A DNA stretch of 64,000 nucleotides from Phycisphaerae bacterium (GCA_963675745.2 CAXXWX010000027.1:64001-128000), one strand, 5' to 3'; counted from the stretch's first letter, positions 28,367 through 38,676 are shown. The notes: generated by a model from the sequence alone, not told the origin. Made by a program: numbers and translations.

Positions 28367-29359
28367 TCAGGTGTACGTGTTCAGAGCTTTCATGTAGTTG
28401 GCACGTTCAAACGCGCCCGGCTCGGCGCAGGATTTCTGGCTCATGCTGCCCTTGAGCTGCTCGACCGATTCGTACTCGCGCTCGGTCATCCAGGCCTGCA
28501 TGTCGTTCAGCATGGTCGACATGTGCCCGACACCCTGGCGCAGCAAAATCGAAGCGACCTGGGCCACATCCGCACCAGCCATCAGCGCCTTCAGAACATC
28601 CGCCCCACTGCCGATCCCCGAGTTCGCCGCCAGGCTGGTCTGGTCAAGATTACCGTGCAGTATCGCTATCCAGCGCAACGGCAGGCGCAGCTCGTGCGGA
28701 CCACTGAGCACCAGGCTCGGCTCGACCTCGAGCGTCTCGAGATCGATATCCGGCTGATAGAACCGATTGAAGAGCACCAGTGCGTTCGCGCCGGCCGCTG
28801 ACAGCCGCCTGGCCATCGCCGCCAACGCGCTGAAGAAGGGGCTGAGCTTAACCGCCACCGGGATGGTGACCTCGCGCTTCACCGCCGTGAGGATGTCAAC
28901 GTAAACGCGATCCACGTCCTCCGCGAAAAGACGTTGGTTGGTGGCGATGAAATAGACGTTCAGCTCGAGCGCGTCGGCCCCGGCCTGCTGCATCAGCTTG
29001 GCATGTTCGACCCAGCCGCCCAGCGACACGCCGTTGAGACTGGCGATGATCGGAATGTCAACGGCTTCCTTGGCCTTGCGGATGTGCTCTATGTACTCGT
29101 CGGGCCCCTTGCGAAACTCGTCCGGCTCCGGGAAGTACGTAAGCGCTTCAGCAAAGCTGCCGGTGCCCTGCGTGAGATAGTGATCCAGCTCGTCGGCCTC
29201 GAAGCTGATCTGCTCCTCAAACAGAGAGTGCAGCACGACAGCCGCGGCACCGGCGTCCTCCATCTGCTTGATCGTGTCTATATCCGTTGAGAGCGGACTC
29301 GCCGCGGGCACAAGGGGATTCTTGAGCTTGAGCCCCATATATGTCGTCGAAAGGTCCAT
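28367..29359 (-). CDS. Dihydroorotate dehydrogenase-like flavoprotein (PFOR-associated)
   Basis: MDLSTTYMGLKLKNPLV, SLFEEQI, VAVKLSPFF, LFNRFYQPDID, FERANYMK; ELNVYF instead of the catalytic ELNxSCP. Confidence 0.9.
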   Translation of the reverse strand: MDLSTTYMGLKLKNPLVPAASPLSTDIDTIKQMEDAGAAAVVLHSLFEEQISFEADELDHYLTQGTGSFAEALTYFPEPDEFRKGPDEYIEHIRKAKEAVDIPIIASLNGVSLGGWVEHAKLMQQAGADALELNVYFIATNQRLFAEDVDRVYVDILTAVKREVTIPVAVKLSPFFSALAAMARRLSAAGANALVLFNRFYQPDIDLETLEVEPSLVLSGPHELRLPLRWIAILHGNLDQTSLAANSGIGSGADVLKALMAGADVAQVASILLRQGVGHMSTMLNDMQAWMTEREYESVEQLKGSMSQKSCAEPGAFERANYMKALNTYT

Positions 29360-29409
29360 CGGTCTCTAGCTTCCTTTCGTGCCTAGTGGGTCAGTGCTGC
29401 CCGGAAATC

Positions 29410-32400
29410 CTACTTACCGTTCGCATCACCGCCAAGATACGGCCGCGCCGCAAGGTGCTCGTAGAGCTCCCAGCGAGAAGTCACGTCGTTCTGGGCGGCT
29501 TCCAGAAGCCGTTTGGCCGCGTCAGGATTGCTCTTGGTCAGCATCTTGAAGCGATTCTGCCGATACGCGTATTCCTCATACCGCAGCGTCGGCCGCTTGC
29601 AGTCGAGTTTGAGCGGGTTTTTGCCTTGCTTGGCCAGATCCGGATTAAAGCGGAACAACGGGAAGTGCCCGCTCTCGACGGCCTGTTTGTGCGTCTGCAA
29701 CCCGGTTCGCATGTTGATACCGTGCGCGATGCAGTGGCTGTAGGCAATGATCAAGGATGGTCCCGCATACGCCTCCGCCTCGATCAACGCCTTGACGGTC
29801 TGCTGGTCGTTGGCCCCCATCGCAACCTGGGCCACGTAGACCGTGCCGTAGGCCATTGCCATCAGCGGCAGGTCTTTCTGGGCCTGCGGCTTGCCACCGG
29901 CCGCGAACTTGGCGACGGCGGCCCGCGGCGTGGCCTTGGACATCTGCCCGCCCGTGTTCGAATACACCTCCGTGTCAAGCACCAGAACGTTGACGTCCCG
30001 GCCCTGGGCCAGAACGTGATCGAGCCCGCCGTAGCCGATGTCATAGGCCCAGCCGTCCCCGCCGACGATCCACACGCTCTTTTTCACCAGAAAGTCTGCG
30101 ATTTCGCACAGGTGCTTGGCTTCTGGGCTGTCAACGCCGGCCAGCTTTTCGCGAAGTTGAACAACGCGCGCGCGTTGGGCGTCGATTTCCTCGTTGGTGG
30201 TCTGCGGCGAGTTGCACAGGGCAGCAGCCAGGTCGCCGCCGATCTGATCACCAAACCGCCCCACCAACTCGCAGGCGAATTCGCGTTGCTTGTCGATGGT
30301 CAGGCGATAACCGAAGCCGAACTCGGCGTTGTCCTCAAACAGCGAGTTACACCACGCCGGCCCCCGCCCCTCCTTATTGATCACCCATGGAGCCGTCGGC
30401 AGGTTTCCGCCATAGATCGATGAGCAACCGGTCGCGTTTGACATGATCGCCCGGTCGCCGAAAAGCTGGCTGACGAGCTTGACGTACGGGGTCTCGCCGC
30501 AACCCGCACAGGCCCCGGAGTACTCAAAGAGCGGCTGGAGAAACTGCGAACCCTTGACCGTTGCGATGTTAATCTTGCTGCGATCGGTCTCCGGCAGTTT
30601 GAGGAAGAAGTCGTAGTTGTTTCGTTCGCGCTCGCGGATCGGCGGCTGAAACTCCATGTTGATGGCGCGCAGCCGTGTTTCCTGCTTGTTCTTGGCGGGG
30701 CAGACTTCGATGCACGCGCCGCACCCGGTGCAGTCTTCGGGGGCCACCTGAATCGTCACCACCAGCCCGTCAAGGCCTTTGCCGATCGCCTTGCGGCTCT
30801 TGAAGGTCTCGGGCGCATCCTTCAGCTCACTCTCGTTGTAGAGCTTCATGCGGATCGCGGCGTGCGGACAGACCAGGGCACACTTGCCACACTGGATGCA
30901 GGTCTGCTCATCCCAGACCGGGATCTCGAGCGCGATGTTGCGCTTCTCCCACTGGGTCGTATTGGTCGGGAACGTACCATCGCACGAAAAGACGCTGGTC
31001 GGCAGGTCGTCGCCGCGAAAGGCGATCATCTCTCCAACCACCTTCTGTACGAATTCGGGCGCCTGTTCGGGTACGGCCGGGAGCATCTCCGCAGTGCTGG
31101 TCGCGGCGGCGGGCACGTCGATCGAGTACATGTTTCCGAGCGCCTGATCCACCGCGTTCCAGTTGCTCTTGACGACCGCCTCACCCTTACTCGAATAGGT
31201 CTTCTCGATCGCCTTCTTGATCTTTTCGATGGCCTCATCTCGTGGCAAGACACCCGAGATTGCGAAGAAGCACGTCTGCATGATCGTGTTGATCCGGGCG
31301 CCCATGCCGGTGCTCTTGGCCACGGCATAGCCATCGATCCCGTAGACCTTGAGTCTCTTGTCGATGATCTGCTGCTGCACCTTGCGCGGCAGCCGATCCC
31401 AGGTCTCTTCTTTCGGGAACGGGCTGTTGATCAGAAACACGGCGCCTTCGACGGCCGGCGCGAGCATGTCGAACTTCTCGATGAACGCCCAGTTGTGGCA
31501 GGCCACGAAATTGGCGCTGGTGATCAGGTATGAAGAGCGGATCGGCCGCGGACCGAAACGCAGGTGCGAGACGGTCATTGAGCCGGCCTTCTTCGAGTCG
31601 TAAACGAAGTAGCCCTGGGCGTAGTTATCCGTTCCCTCACCGATGATCTTGATCGAGTTCTTGTTCGCGCCGACCGTGCCGTCCGCACCCAACCCGTAGA
31701 ACAACCCGCGGACAACGTCGTCGCCTTCGGTAACCAGGCCGGGATCGCAGTCCAGGCTGGTGCCCGACACGTCGTCTTTAATCCCGACCGTGAAATACCG
31801 CTTGGGCCGGTCCTGCGCAAGGTTGTCAAAGACAGCTTTCACCATCGGCGGTGAAAACTCCTTGCTGGACAGACCGTAGCGGCCGCCGACGATCTTCGGC
31901 AGCTCGGGCATTCCCAGCGTGCCGTCGGCGTGCGCCAGGGCCAGCGCCGTAAACACGTCCTTGTAGAGCGGTTCCCCGTCGGCGCCCGGTTCCTTGGTGC
32001 GATCGAGCACGCCGATGGACTTCACGCTCTTGGGCAAGGCGGCGATGAGGTGCTCGGCCGAAAACGGGCGATACAGGCGCACCTTCAACACGCCGACCTT
32101 CTCGCCGTGCGCGTTGAGATACTCGACGGTCTCGTGGGCGACCTCGGCCCCCGATCCCATCATGACGATGACGCGATCGGCATCCGGGGCGCCGACATAG
32201 TCGAACAGGCGGTACTGCCGCCCCGTGATCTTCGCGAACCGGTCCATGCACTTCTGCACGATCGCCGGGCATTTCTCGTAGAAAGGCGTGATGGTCTCGC
32301 GCGCCTGGAAGAATACGTCCGGGTTCTGCGCGGTACCCTTGATCGTGGGCCGATCGGGAGTGAGAGACCGGGCCCGGTGGGCGCGAACCAGCTCCGGGTC

Positions 32401-32988
32401 GATCATGGCCCGCATGTCGTCGTGCGTCAGTGCCTCGATCTTCATTACCTCGTGCGAGCTGCGGAAGCCGTCGAAGAAGTGCAGGAACGGCACGCGCGCT
32501 TCGAGCGTTGAGGCGTGGGATATCAGGGCCATATCCATGATTTCCTGGATAGAGCCCGAGGCGATCAGTGCATAGCCGGTCGAGCGGACCGCCATCACAT
32601 CGCTATGGTCGCCGAAAATGCTCAGCGCGTGAGTGGCGATCGTGCGGGCGGTAACGTGAAAGACGGTCGGGGTCAGCTCGCCGGCCATCTTGAACATGGT
32701 CGGGATCATCAACAGCAGACCTTGCGACGCCGTAAACGTCGTCGTCAAGGCGCCGCTCATGGCGGCCCCGTGAACGGCGGCCGATGCTCCGCCCTCGCTC
32801 TGCATCTCCTGAATGAGTGGAACGGTGTTCCAGATGTTCTTCTCGCCAGCCGCCGACCACTCATCCGACCATTCCCCCATCGGTGAGGACGGCGTGATCG
32901 GATAGATGGCGATCACCTCGCTGAGGGGGTGGGCTACGTGCGCGGCGGCCTGGTTGCCGTCAATCGTGACCATGCGCCGGTTGCTCAT
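29410..32988 (-). CDS. nifJ: Pyruvate:ferredoxin (flavodoxin) oxidoreductase
   Basis: IYPITPSS, EMQSEGGA, GTAQNPD, GLGADGTVGANKN, 2x[4Fe-4S] CIQCGKCALVCP / CTGCGACIEVCP, GACAGCGET, GGDGWAYDIG. Confidence 0.98.
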   Translation of the reverse strand: MSNRRMVTIDGNQAAAHVAHPLSEVIAIYPITPSSPMGEWSDEWSAAGEKNIWNTVPLIQEMQSEGGASAAVHGAAMSGALTTTFTASQGLLLMIPTMFKMAGELTPTVFHVTARTIATHALSIFGDHSDVMAVRSTGYALIASGSIQEIMDMALISHASTLEARVPFLHFFDGFRSSHEVMKIEALTHDDMRAMIDPELVRAHRARSLTPDRPTIKGTAQNPDVFFQARETITPFYEKCPAIVQKCMDRFAKITGRQYRLFDYVGAPDADRVIVMMGSGAEVAHETVEYLNAHGEKVGVLKVRLYRPFSAEHLIAALPKSVKSIGVLDRTKEPGADGEPLYKDVFTALALAHADGTLGMPELPKIVGGRYGLSSKEFSPPMVKAVFDNLAQDRPKRYFTVGIKDDVSGTSLDCDPGLVTEGDDVVRGLFYGLGADGTVGANKNSIKIIGEGTDNYAQGYFVYDSKKAGSMTVSHLRFGPRPIRSSYLITSANFVACHNWAFIEKFDMLAPAVEGAVFLINSPFPKEETWDRLPRKVQQQIIDKRLKVYGIDGYAVAKSTGMGARINTIMQTCFFAISGVLPRDEAIEKIKKAIEKTYSSKGEAVVKSNWNAVDQALGNMYSIDVPAAATSTAEMLPAVPEQAPEFVQKVVGEMIAFRGDDLPTSVFSCDGTFPTNTTQWEKRNIALEIPVWDEQTCIQCGKCALVCPHAAIRMKLYNESELKDAPETFKSRKAIGKGLDGLVVTIQVAPEDCTGCGACIEVCPAKNKQETRLRAINMEFQPPIRERERNNYDFFLKLPETDRSKINIATVKGSQFLQPLFEYSGACAGCGETPYVKLVSQLFGDRAIMSNATGCSSIYGGNLPTAPWVINKEGRGPAWCNSLFEDNAEFGFGYRLTIDKQREFACELVGRFGDQIGGDLAAALCNSPQTTNEEIDAQRARVVQLREKLAGVDSPEAKHLCEIADFLVKKSVWIVGGDGWAYDIGYGGLDHVLAQGRDVNVLVLDTEVYSNTGGQMSKATPRAAVAKFAAGGKPQAQKDLPLMAMAYGTVYVAQVAMGANDQQTVKALIEAEAYAGPSLIIAYSHCIAHGINMRTGLQTHKQAVESGHFPLFRFNPDLAKQGKNPLKLDCKRPTLRYEEYAYRQNRFKMLTKSNPDAAKRLLEAAQNDVTSRWELYEHLAARPYLGGDANGK

Positions 32989-33290
32989 TGTGTCAGTTCT
33001 CCATAGTGCGTCGCTTGCGACTCATCCAAATCAGGGCTCACGGGAATCGCGCGTCTCGGCCACGCCGGGCCGGCGCCCAGGCCTGTTCCCGCTACCGTAG
33101 CGGCCCACCCGAGTGTTGACAACATGGACCGACCGCTACGCCGGCGGCTACTCCAGGCCATGGGCATGGCCCGGGGTGGTGCGGGCATCCAACCAGCGCG
33201 GCCGACCTTTGAGAAACATCGGTGAGCATCAAAACGCCGCCGATGGCAGCCTCGCAGCCTGCGCGCACACTGTTCCCAATGAGCTCATCT

Positions 33291-33306
33291 AGCAATCGGC
33301 GTTCCG
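33291..33306 (-). promoter_or_regulatory. Putative sigma-54 (-24/-12) promoter of nifJ
   Basis: Minus strand reads CGGAACG-CCGA-TTGCT, keeping the invariant GG and GC at consensus spacing (TGGCACG-N4-TTGCW). Confidence 0.6.
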
Positions 33307-33595
33307 TTCGCCATGTCACGCACTAGCTCCCGTGAAACAAGAGGTTATGCAAGTGGGCGCATCTCCAACCTCCCGGCGCGCCGGCGATTTGGGGATTATC
33401 GCGCAGTCGTCTGGGCGTGATTGCATCCCCGAAACAGCTCCCGCGCGCCACGGCGCGCGCGTTCATATCAGCTTTGACTGCGTGCGGACTCTACAACGCG
33501 ACGCAAATGTGATATCTTCCTCGATTCAACGCGGGTGACATATGCGCCATCCGACGGCGGGTAAAGACTCGATACGACTCAATCGGAGATGGAAC

Positions 33596-35296
33596 ATGAG
33601 CCAGGCTAAGGCATCGGTGGGCAAGAAACGAGTAACCGTCTCGCTAACCGGGCGACTGTTAATGAGCTGCCCGCTACTCAACAAGGGCGCCGCTTTCACC
33701 AAGGGCGAACGCGATCGCGGTAAGCTCCGCGGCTTGCTGCCGTCCAGCCCGCTCACCATCGAACAGCAGGCCGAGCTCGAGATGGAGCACCTGCGCCAAA
33801 AGGGAACCGACCTCGAGAAGTACATCGGTCTCGCCGCTTTGCAGGACCGCGCCGAGACACTTTTTTACCGCGTGCTGATTGAGAACACGGCCGAGCTGCT
33901 CCCCATCGTCTACACACCGACGGTCGGTCACGCCTGCCAGCAGTACAGCCATATTATTCGCCGGCCGCGCGGCATCTGGATTACGCCGGACGACATCGAG
34001 TGCATTCCGGATGTCTTGCGCAACGCGCCGAACCAGGACGTGCGCCTGATTGTCGTGACAGACAACGAGCGCATCCTCGGCCTCGGCGACCAGGGGGCCG
34101 GCGGAATGGGCATCCCGGTCGGAAAGATCGCTTTGTATTGCGCCGGCGCCGGCATCGATCCGGCCAAGTGTCTGCCGATCAGCCTCGACGTGGGTACCAA
34201 CAACGCCGACCTGCTGAACGACCCCTACTATCTCGGTTGGCGCCACCGGCGGCTGCGCGACGAACCCTACGAGCAGTTCATCGAAGCGTTCGTGGACGCC
34301 GTTCAGGAGGTGTATCCACGTGCCCTGGTCCAGTGGGAGGACTTCCACAAGAACATCGCATTCATGGTGCTTGACCGCTACCGCAAGCGCATCACGTGCT
34401 TTAACGATGATATCCAGGGCACGGCCGGCGTCGCTCTCGCCGGCATATACGGCGCGCTGCGCATCACCAAGCAGAAGCTCGCCGACCAGCGCATCGTCTA
34501 CGCCGGGTCCGGAGCTGCGGGTGTCGGCATCGGGCGTTTGATACAGGCGGCGATGTATGAAGAGTGCGACGATCAGCAGAAGATTCGCCGCGCGCAGGTT
34601 TTCACCGACAGTCGCGGGCTGGTACACGACGGCAAGAAGATCGCCGATCCGCACAAGCGGCCCTTCGCCATGACGCAGGATGACATGAAGCACTACGGCT
34701 TCGAGGCCGGTCAGGACCACGACCTGCTGTCGGTGGTCAAGCACGTCAAGCCCACGGTGCTGCTCGGCACCACGACGGTACCGGGCACCTTCAGCGAAGT
34801 GATCATCCGCGAAATGGCCAAGCACGTGGAGCGTCCCATCATTCTGCCGTTCAGCAATCCGACATCGAAGGCCGAGTGTACGCCGCAGGAGGCCTTCGAC
34901 TGGACCGACGGTAAGTCGATCGTCGCCACGGGCAGCCCGTTCCCGCCGGTCGAGCACGGCGGCAGGAAGTACGAGATCGGGCAGGGCAACAATGTATTCA
35001 TCTTCCCGGGAGTGGGCCTGGGCACGATCCTGTCCGAATCGCGCGAAGTGCCGGAGACGTTCTTTATGGTCGCCGCCAACGCGTTGGCCCATTGCCTGAG
35101 CGATGAACGCCTGGCGACCGGATCGATCTACCCCGATCAGAATGACCTGCGGACCGTCAGCAACAAGATCGCCTGCGCGGTCATTCGCGAAGCCAAACGT
35201 CTTAAGATCGGGCGCCTGATTCCCGACGACGATATCGAGAAGGTCGTCGACGATGCGATGTGGTACCCCGAGTATGCCGAGTACTCGTTTGAGTAA
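33596..35296 (+). CDS. maeA: NAD-dependent malic enzyme (MaeA/SfcA type)
   Basis: [65 protein letters not shown]. Confidence 0.95.
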   Translation: MSQAKASVGKKRVTVSLTGRLLMSCPLLNKGAAFTKGERDRGKLRGLLPSSPLTIEQQAELEMEHLRQKGTDLEKYIGLAALQDRAETLFYRVLIENTAELLPIVYTPTVGHACQQYSHIIRRPRGIWITPDDIECIPDVLRNAPNQDVRLIVVTDNERILGLGDQGAGGMGIPVGKIALYCAGAGIDPAKCLPISLDVGTNNADLLNDPYYLGWRHRRLRDEPYEQFIEAFVDAVQEVYPRALVQWEDFHKNIAFMVLDRYRKRITCFNDDIQGTAGVALAGIYGALRITKQKLADQRIVYAGSGAAGVGIGRLIQAAMYEECDDQQKIRRAQVFTDSRGLVHDGKKIADPHKRPFAMTQDDMKHYGFEAGQDHDLLSVVKHVKPTVLLGTTTVPGTFSEVIIREMAKHVERPIILPFSNPTSKAECTPQEAFDWTDGKSIVATGSPFPPVEHGGRKYEIGQGNNVFIFPGVGLGTILSESREVPETFFMVAANALAHCLSDERLATGSIYPDQNDLRTVSNKIACAVIREAKRLKIGRLIPDDDIEKVVDDAMWYPEYAEYSFE

Positions 35297-35319
35297 CCGG
35301 CCGGGCAGTGGGTGAGTAA

Positions 35320-35742
35320 TTACTCGGAAGGCGGCGGCGCGGCAGGCGCGTCGCCCGGTGGATCATCGCCGAGATCCTCGAGTTCGACCGCTGGCACACC
35401 CAGCAATTGGGCGAGGTCGCGGAGCCTGAACGGCTTTTCGAGTTGCCGCGTGCTGGGGCACGGTCGCTTGGTCGCGCGCATGTTGGCCACGGTCCGAATC
35501 GTCTTCACGGCCGGGTTCCTGGCACGCGCATGGGCTTCGACCTCGTCGATCTGATTCCCCGGCAGCGCCCCCGAGACAACCACCGCCGCCACGTCGCGCG
35601 CGTCCAGCAGCCGCATGGCTTCATCCAGCGATGCCGTCGCATCGACAGTAAACCAGCGCTTCAGGTAGGTGGATAACGACCAGCGCGCCAGCGGGTCGCC
35701 ATCGACAATCAACACGCGTTTGGGCAAAGCGGTTTCCTGCAC
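35320..35742 (-). CDS. Atypical single-domain response regulator (pseudo-receiver)
   Basis: RVLIVDGDPLARWSL...LEKPF receiver fold; Ser at the expected phospho-Asp position (AVVVSG). Start uncertain. Confidence 0.7.
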   Translation of the reverse strand: MQETALPKRVLIVDGDPLARWSLSTYLKRWFTVDATASLDEAMRLLDARDVAAVVVSGALPGNQIDEVEAHARARNPAVKTIRTVANMRATKRPCPSTRQLEKPFRLRDLAQLLGVPAVELEDLGDDPPGDAPAAPPPSE

Positions 35743-35813
35743 GCCACAGCTTCTCAGTTTCCGGTGATTGCAGCGCATTGCCGAAGACCCTCGCAATCGG
35801 CAGGCGGTGCCAT

Positions 35814-35829
35814 TGCACGCGCCGTGCCA
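35814..35829 (-). promoter_or_regulatory. Putative sigma-54 promoter of the pseudo-receiver gene
   Basis: Minus strand reads TGGCACG-GCGC-GTGCA, one mismatch to TGGCACG-N4-TTGCA. Confidence 0.65.
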
Positions 35830-36010
35830 TAACAGCCCCGCCCACCTGAGAATCCATATGCGGACGTCACGGTAATCTGAGCCGCGCGCGGCTATCAATG
35901 GACACGCGTGGCCCTGGCGGCTGTGCATCTATGATCGGCGTTTCTGTCGCAAAATCCTCACCGGATGCGCCAGAATCCACATCCCTCACCCCGCCAGTGC
36001 GTGCCGGGTC

Positions 36011-37276
36011 GTGAGTTTTCCCGGCAAAGGCAGTACGATGCCCGACATGCCAGCGGCGGTATTCCAGGCGTTGATTCGCTACATCGGGTTCACCAAAACC
36101 GACGCGGATAATGTGCGCTCTCTCGCCTCCATCGTCACGCAACACACGTCGGACATCGCCGACGCCCTGCATAAGCGCATCGCGCGCCATCTGGGAACCG
36201 GGCGCACCATGACCGGTGGCGCGCGGCAGGCCGAACATGTCCGCGAGGTGATGCGCAGTTGGCTCGACCAGCTCTTCCAGGGGGCCTACGACGACGACTA
36301 CGCCCGGCAACGCCTGCTCATCGGAGAGCAGCACGCGGAAAACGGACTGCCGCAGTATTACCTGGTCGCGGCCCAGGAACTGGCCTGGCGGTTTATCGAG
36401 TCGCACGTCCGCGCGGCCAACCTGCCCAAGACCGACGCCAGGCTCGCCTCGCTACGCAAGCTCCTGGCGATCGACCTCGCGCTGATCCTCGAAAGCTACC
36501 GGCAAAGCTACGCGAACCGCGTCCGCCAGACCGAGCGCGCCGCCGTGCGCCAGCGCCTGTACGAGGCCGAGCACCTGGCACACATCGGCCATCTGGCGGC
36601 GTCACTGGCACATGAGATCAAGAACCCGCTGGCGGGCATCAGCGGCGCCGTGCAGGTGCTGCGTGAACCGATGCCCGCCGATCATCCACATCGGCCCATT
36701 CTGACCGAGGTTTTGCGGCAGATTGACCGGCTGGATGGAACGGTGAAGGATCTGCTCGTGTACGCCCGGCCGCGGGCGCCGCGCTTTCAACGCTGTAGCC
36801 TCAACAAGCTGATCGAGCGCGTGCTGGCGTTCCTGCGCGGGGAGCCGGACGTCCAACGTGTCCGCATCGAGTACGTTGACAGCCAGAAACTCGATCTCTA
36901 CGCCGACGAGGGCCAGCTCGAACAGCTTCTGATCAACCTCCTGCTCAACGCCGCGCAGGCTTCGGACGAGGGCGATGTGGTGGGTTTGTATGTCACCTCG
37001 ACAACCGAAGGGCTGCGGTTGACCATCACGGATGAGGGGCAGGGCATGGATGAGGAGGTCGTGCGACAGGCCTTTGAGCCGTTTTACACAACCAAGGCGC
37101 GCGGCACCGGCCTGGGACTCCCCATCTGCCGTAAGATTGTCGAAGCGCACGGCGGCGTGATTTCGATTCAAAGCGTGCCGGGACTACGCACAACCGTGGC
37201 GGTGCGGCTGCCGCGTTTCCCGCCGGCATCAACTGGAGGCCAGAGCCCCGATGAGTATCCGCGTCCTGATCGTTGA
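36011..37276 (+). CDS. Globin-coupled (protoglobin) sensor histidine kinase
   Basis: N-terminal YIGFTKTD...WLDQLF.GAYDDDY...IGEQH...GLPQYY sensor-globin pattern; AHEIKNPL, NLLLNA, DEGQG, FEPFYTTK, GTGLGL; no TM segment. Start may be 36038. Confidence 0.88.
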   Translation: MSFPGKGSTMPDMPAAVFQALIRYIGFTKTDADNVRSLASIVTQHTSDIADALHKRIARHLGTGRTMTGGARQAEHVREVMRSWLDQLFQGAYDDDYARQRLLIGEQHAENGLPQYYLVAAQELAWRFIESHVRAANLPKTDARLASLRKLLAIDLALILESYRQSYANRVRQTERAAVRQRLYEAEHLAHIGHLAASLAHEIKNPLAGISGAVQVLREPMPADHPHRPILTEVLRQIDRLDGTVKDLLVYARPRAPRFQRCSLNKLIERVLAFLRGEPDVQRVRIEYVDSQKLDLYADEGQLEQLLINLLLNAAQASDEGDVVGLYVTSTTEGLRLTITDEGQGMDEEVVRQAFEPFYTTKARGTGLGLPICRKIVEAHGGVISIQSVPGLRTTVAVRLPRFPPASTGGQSPDEYPRPDR

Positions 37277-38630
37277 GGATGAGAGCCTCATCCGCTGGTC
37301 CCTGCGACAGAAGCTCGAAGAACGGGGCTTTGTCGTCGCCGAGGCCGGCGACGGGAAGACCGCGCTCGCGGAGTTCTCCGAGGTCGAGCCGGACCTGGTA
37401 ATGCTAGATTACCGGCTGCCCGATACGACCGGCATCGAGCTGTTGCGCGAAATCCGCGACCGGCAAACCGACGCCGTCGTAATCATGATGACTGCCTACA
37501 GCACCATCGAGACGGCCGTCGAGGCGATCAAACTCGGCGCATTCGACTACCTGGCCAAGCCCTTCCAGATGGACCAGTTGATGTTGACCGTCGACCGCGC
37601 GCTCGAAACCACCAAGCTGCGCCGCGAAGTGCGCGAACTGCGCCGGCAAATGCAGCAGCAGTTCGGCATGGACAGCATCATCGGCCAGCACGAGCTGATG
37701 CGCGCCATGTTTGACATCGTCAAGCAGGTCTCCCGCACGGGCGTCTCGACGGTCTTTCTGCGCGGCGATACCGGCACCGGCAAGGACCTGGTCGCACGCG
37801 TCATCCATTACAACTCGGACCGCGGCGCCAAGCCGTTTGTGAATATCACCTGCACCGCGCTCTCCGAGAGCCTGTTGGAGAGCGAGCTGTTCGGACACGA
37901 GCGCGGGGCGTTCACTGATGCGAAGTTGCAGAAGAAGGGGCTCTTCGAGATCGCCGACGGCGGCTCCGTATTCCTCGACGAAGTCGGTGACATGCCCGCC
38001 GGACTCCAGGCCAAGCTGCTGCGTTTTCTCGAGGAGCGGCGCTTTCGACGAGTGGGCGGGACGCGTGAAATCCGCGTCGACGTCCGCGTGATCGCCGCCA
38101 CCAATCGCGATATCGACCAGGCGATTGAGCGTGGCGAATTCCGCCGCGATCTGATGTATCGCCTGAACGTGGTGACCATCCACCTGCCGCCGCTGCGCGC
38201 CCGCGGGGATGACGTCAAGCTGCTGGCCCGGCACTTCCTGACGCGTTTCGCCGAAGAGTTCAAGAAGCCCATCATCGGCATCGACGACAGCGCATATGAG
38301 CGCCTGGCGTCCTACGACTGGCCGGGCAATGTGCGCGAGCTGCGCAACGTGATTGAGCGGGCGGCACTGCTCTGCCACGGCGAGATGATATCCGCCGAGG
38401 ACATAGCGGTGGGCCGTTCGGGCGAACAGCCCTGGGACTGGGATATCGAGCGTATCGCGCTGCCGCCCGAAGGATTCGACTTCGAAAAGCTGCGTGTGCT
38501 CGAGTACCACCTGCTGCGGCAGGCCCTGGAACGCACCAATAACAACCAAACCCAGGCGGCCAAGCTGCTTAACCTGTCACGCGATCGGCTGCGGTACCGG
38601 TTGCAGCGGCACAATCTGTTGGAGAAGTGA
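37251..38630 (+). CDS. Sigma-54-dependent response regulator (NtrC/AtoC family)
   Basis: Receiver (VEDE, LDYRLP, KPF); AAA+ GDTGTGKD, ESELFGHERGAFTDA, FLDEVG, WPGNVREL; Fis-type HTH. Confidence 0.96.
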   Translation: MSIRVLIVEDESLIRWSLRQKLEERGFVVAEAGDGKTALAEFSEVEPDLVMLDYRLPDTTGIELLREIRDRQTDAVVIMMTAYSTIETAVEAIKLGAFDYLAKPFQMDQLMLTVDRALETTKLRREVRELRRQMQQQFGMDSIIGQHELMRAMFDIVKQVSRTGVSTVFLRGDTGTGKDLVARVIHYNSDRGAKPFVNITCTALSESLLESELFGHERGAFTDAKLQKKGLFEIADGGSVFLDEVGDMPAGLQAKLLRFLEERRFRRVGGTREIRVDVRVIAATNRDIDQAIERGEFRRDLMYRLNVVTIHLPPLRARGDDVKLLARHFLTRFAEEFKKPIIGIDDSAYERLASYDWPGNVRELRNVIERAALLCHGEMISAEDIAVGRSGEQPWDWDIERIALPPEGFDFEKLRVLEYHLLRQALERTNNNQTQAAKLLNLSRDRLRYRLQRHNLLEK

Positions 38631-38632
38631 CG

Positions 38633-38653
38633 ACGGGGAACGGGGAACGGGGA
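38633..38653. repeat. Heptamer tandem repeat (ACGGGGA)x3
   Basis: Seen directly between convergent genes. Confidence 0.7.
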
Positions 38654-38676
38654 GCGGACCTGATGGCTGAGGGGAG

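Noticed and set aside
33674..35092. 472-aa minus-strand ORF (also similar long ORFs at 37404-38549, 43921-45468, 46534-47619, 29341-30423)
   Set aside because: Antisense shadows of well-supported genes, caused by codon bias.
37903..37923. GAFTDA instead of GAFTGA as sign of a sigma-54-independent activator
   Set aside because: The key Phe-Thr is retained, GAFTDA is a common natural variant, and sigma-54 promoters are present nearby.
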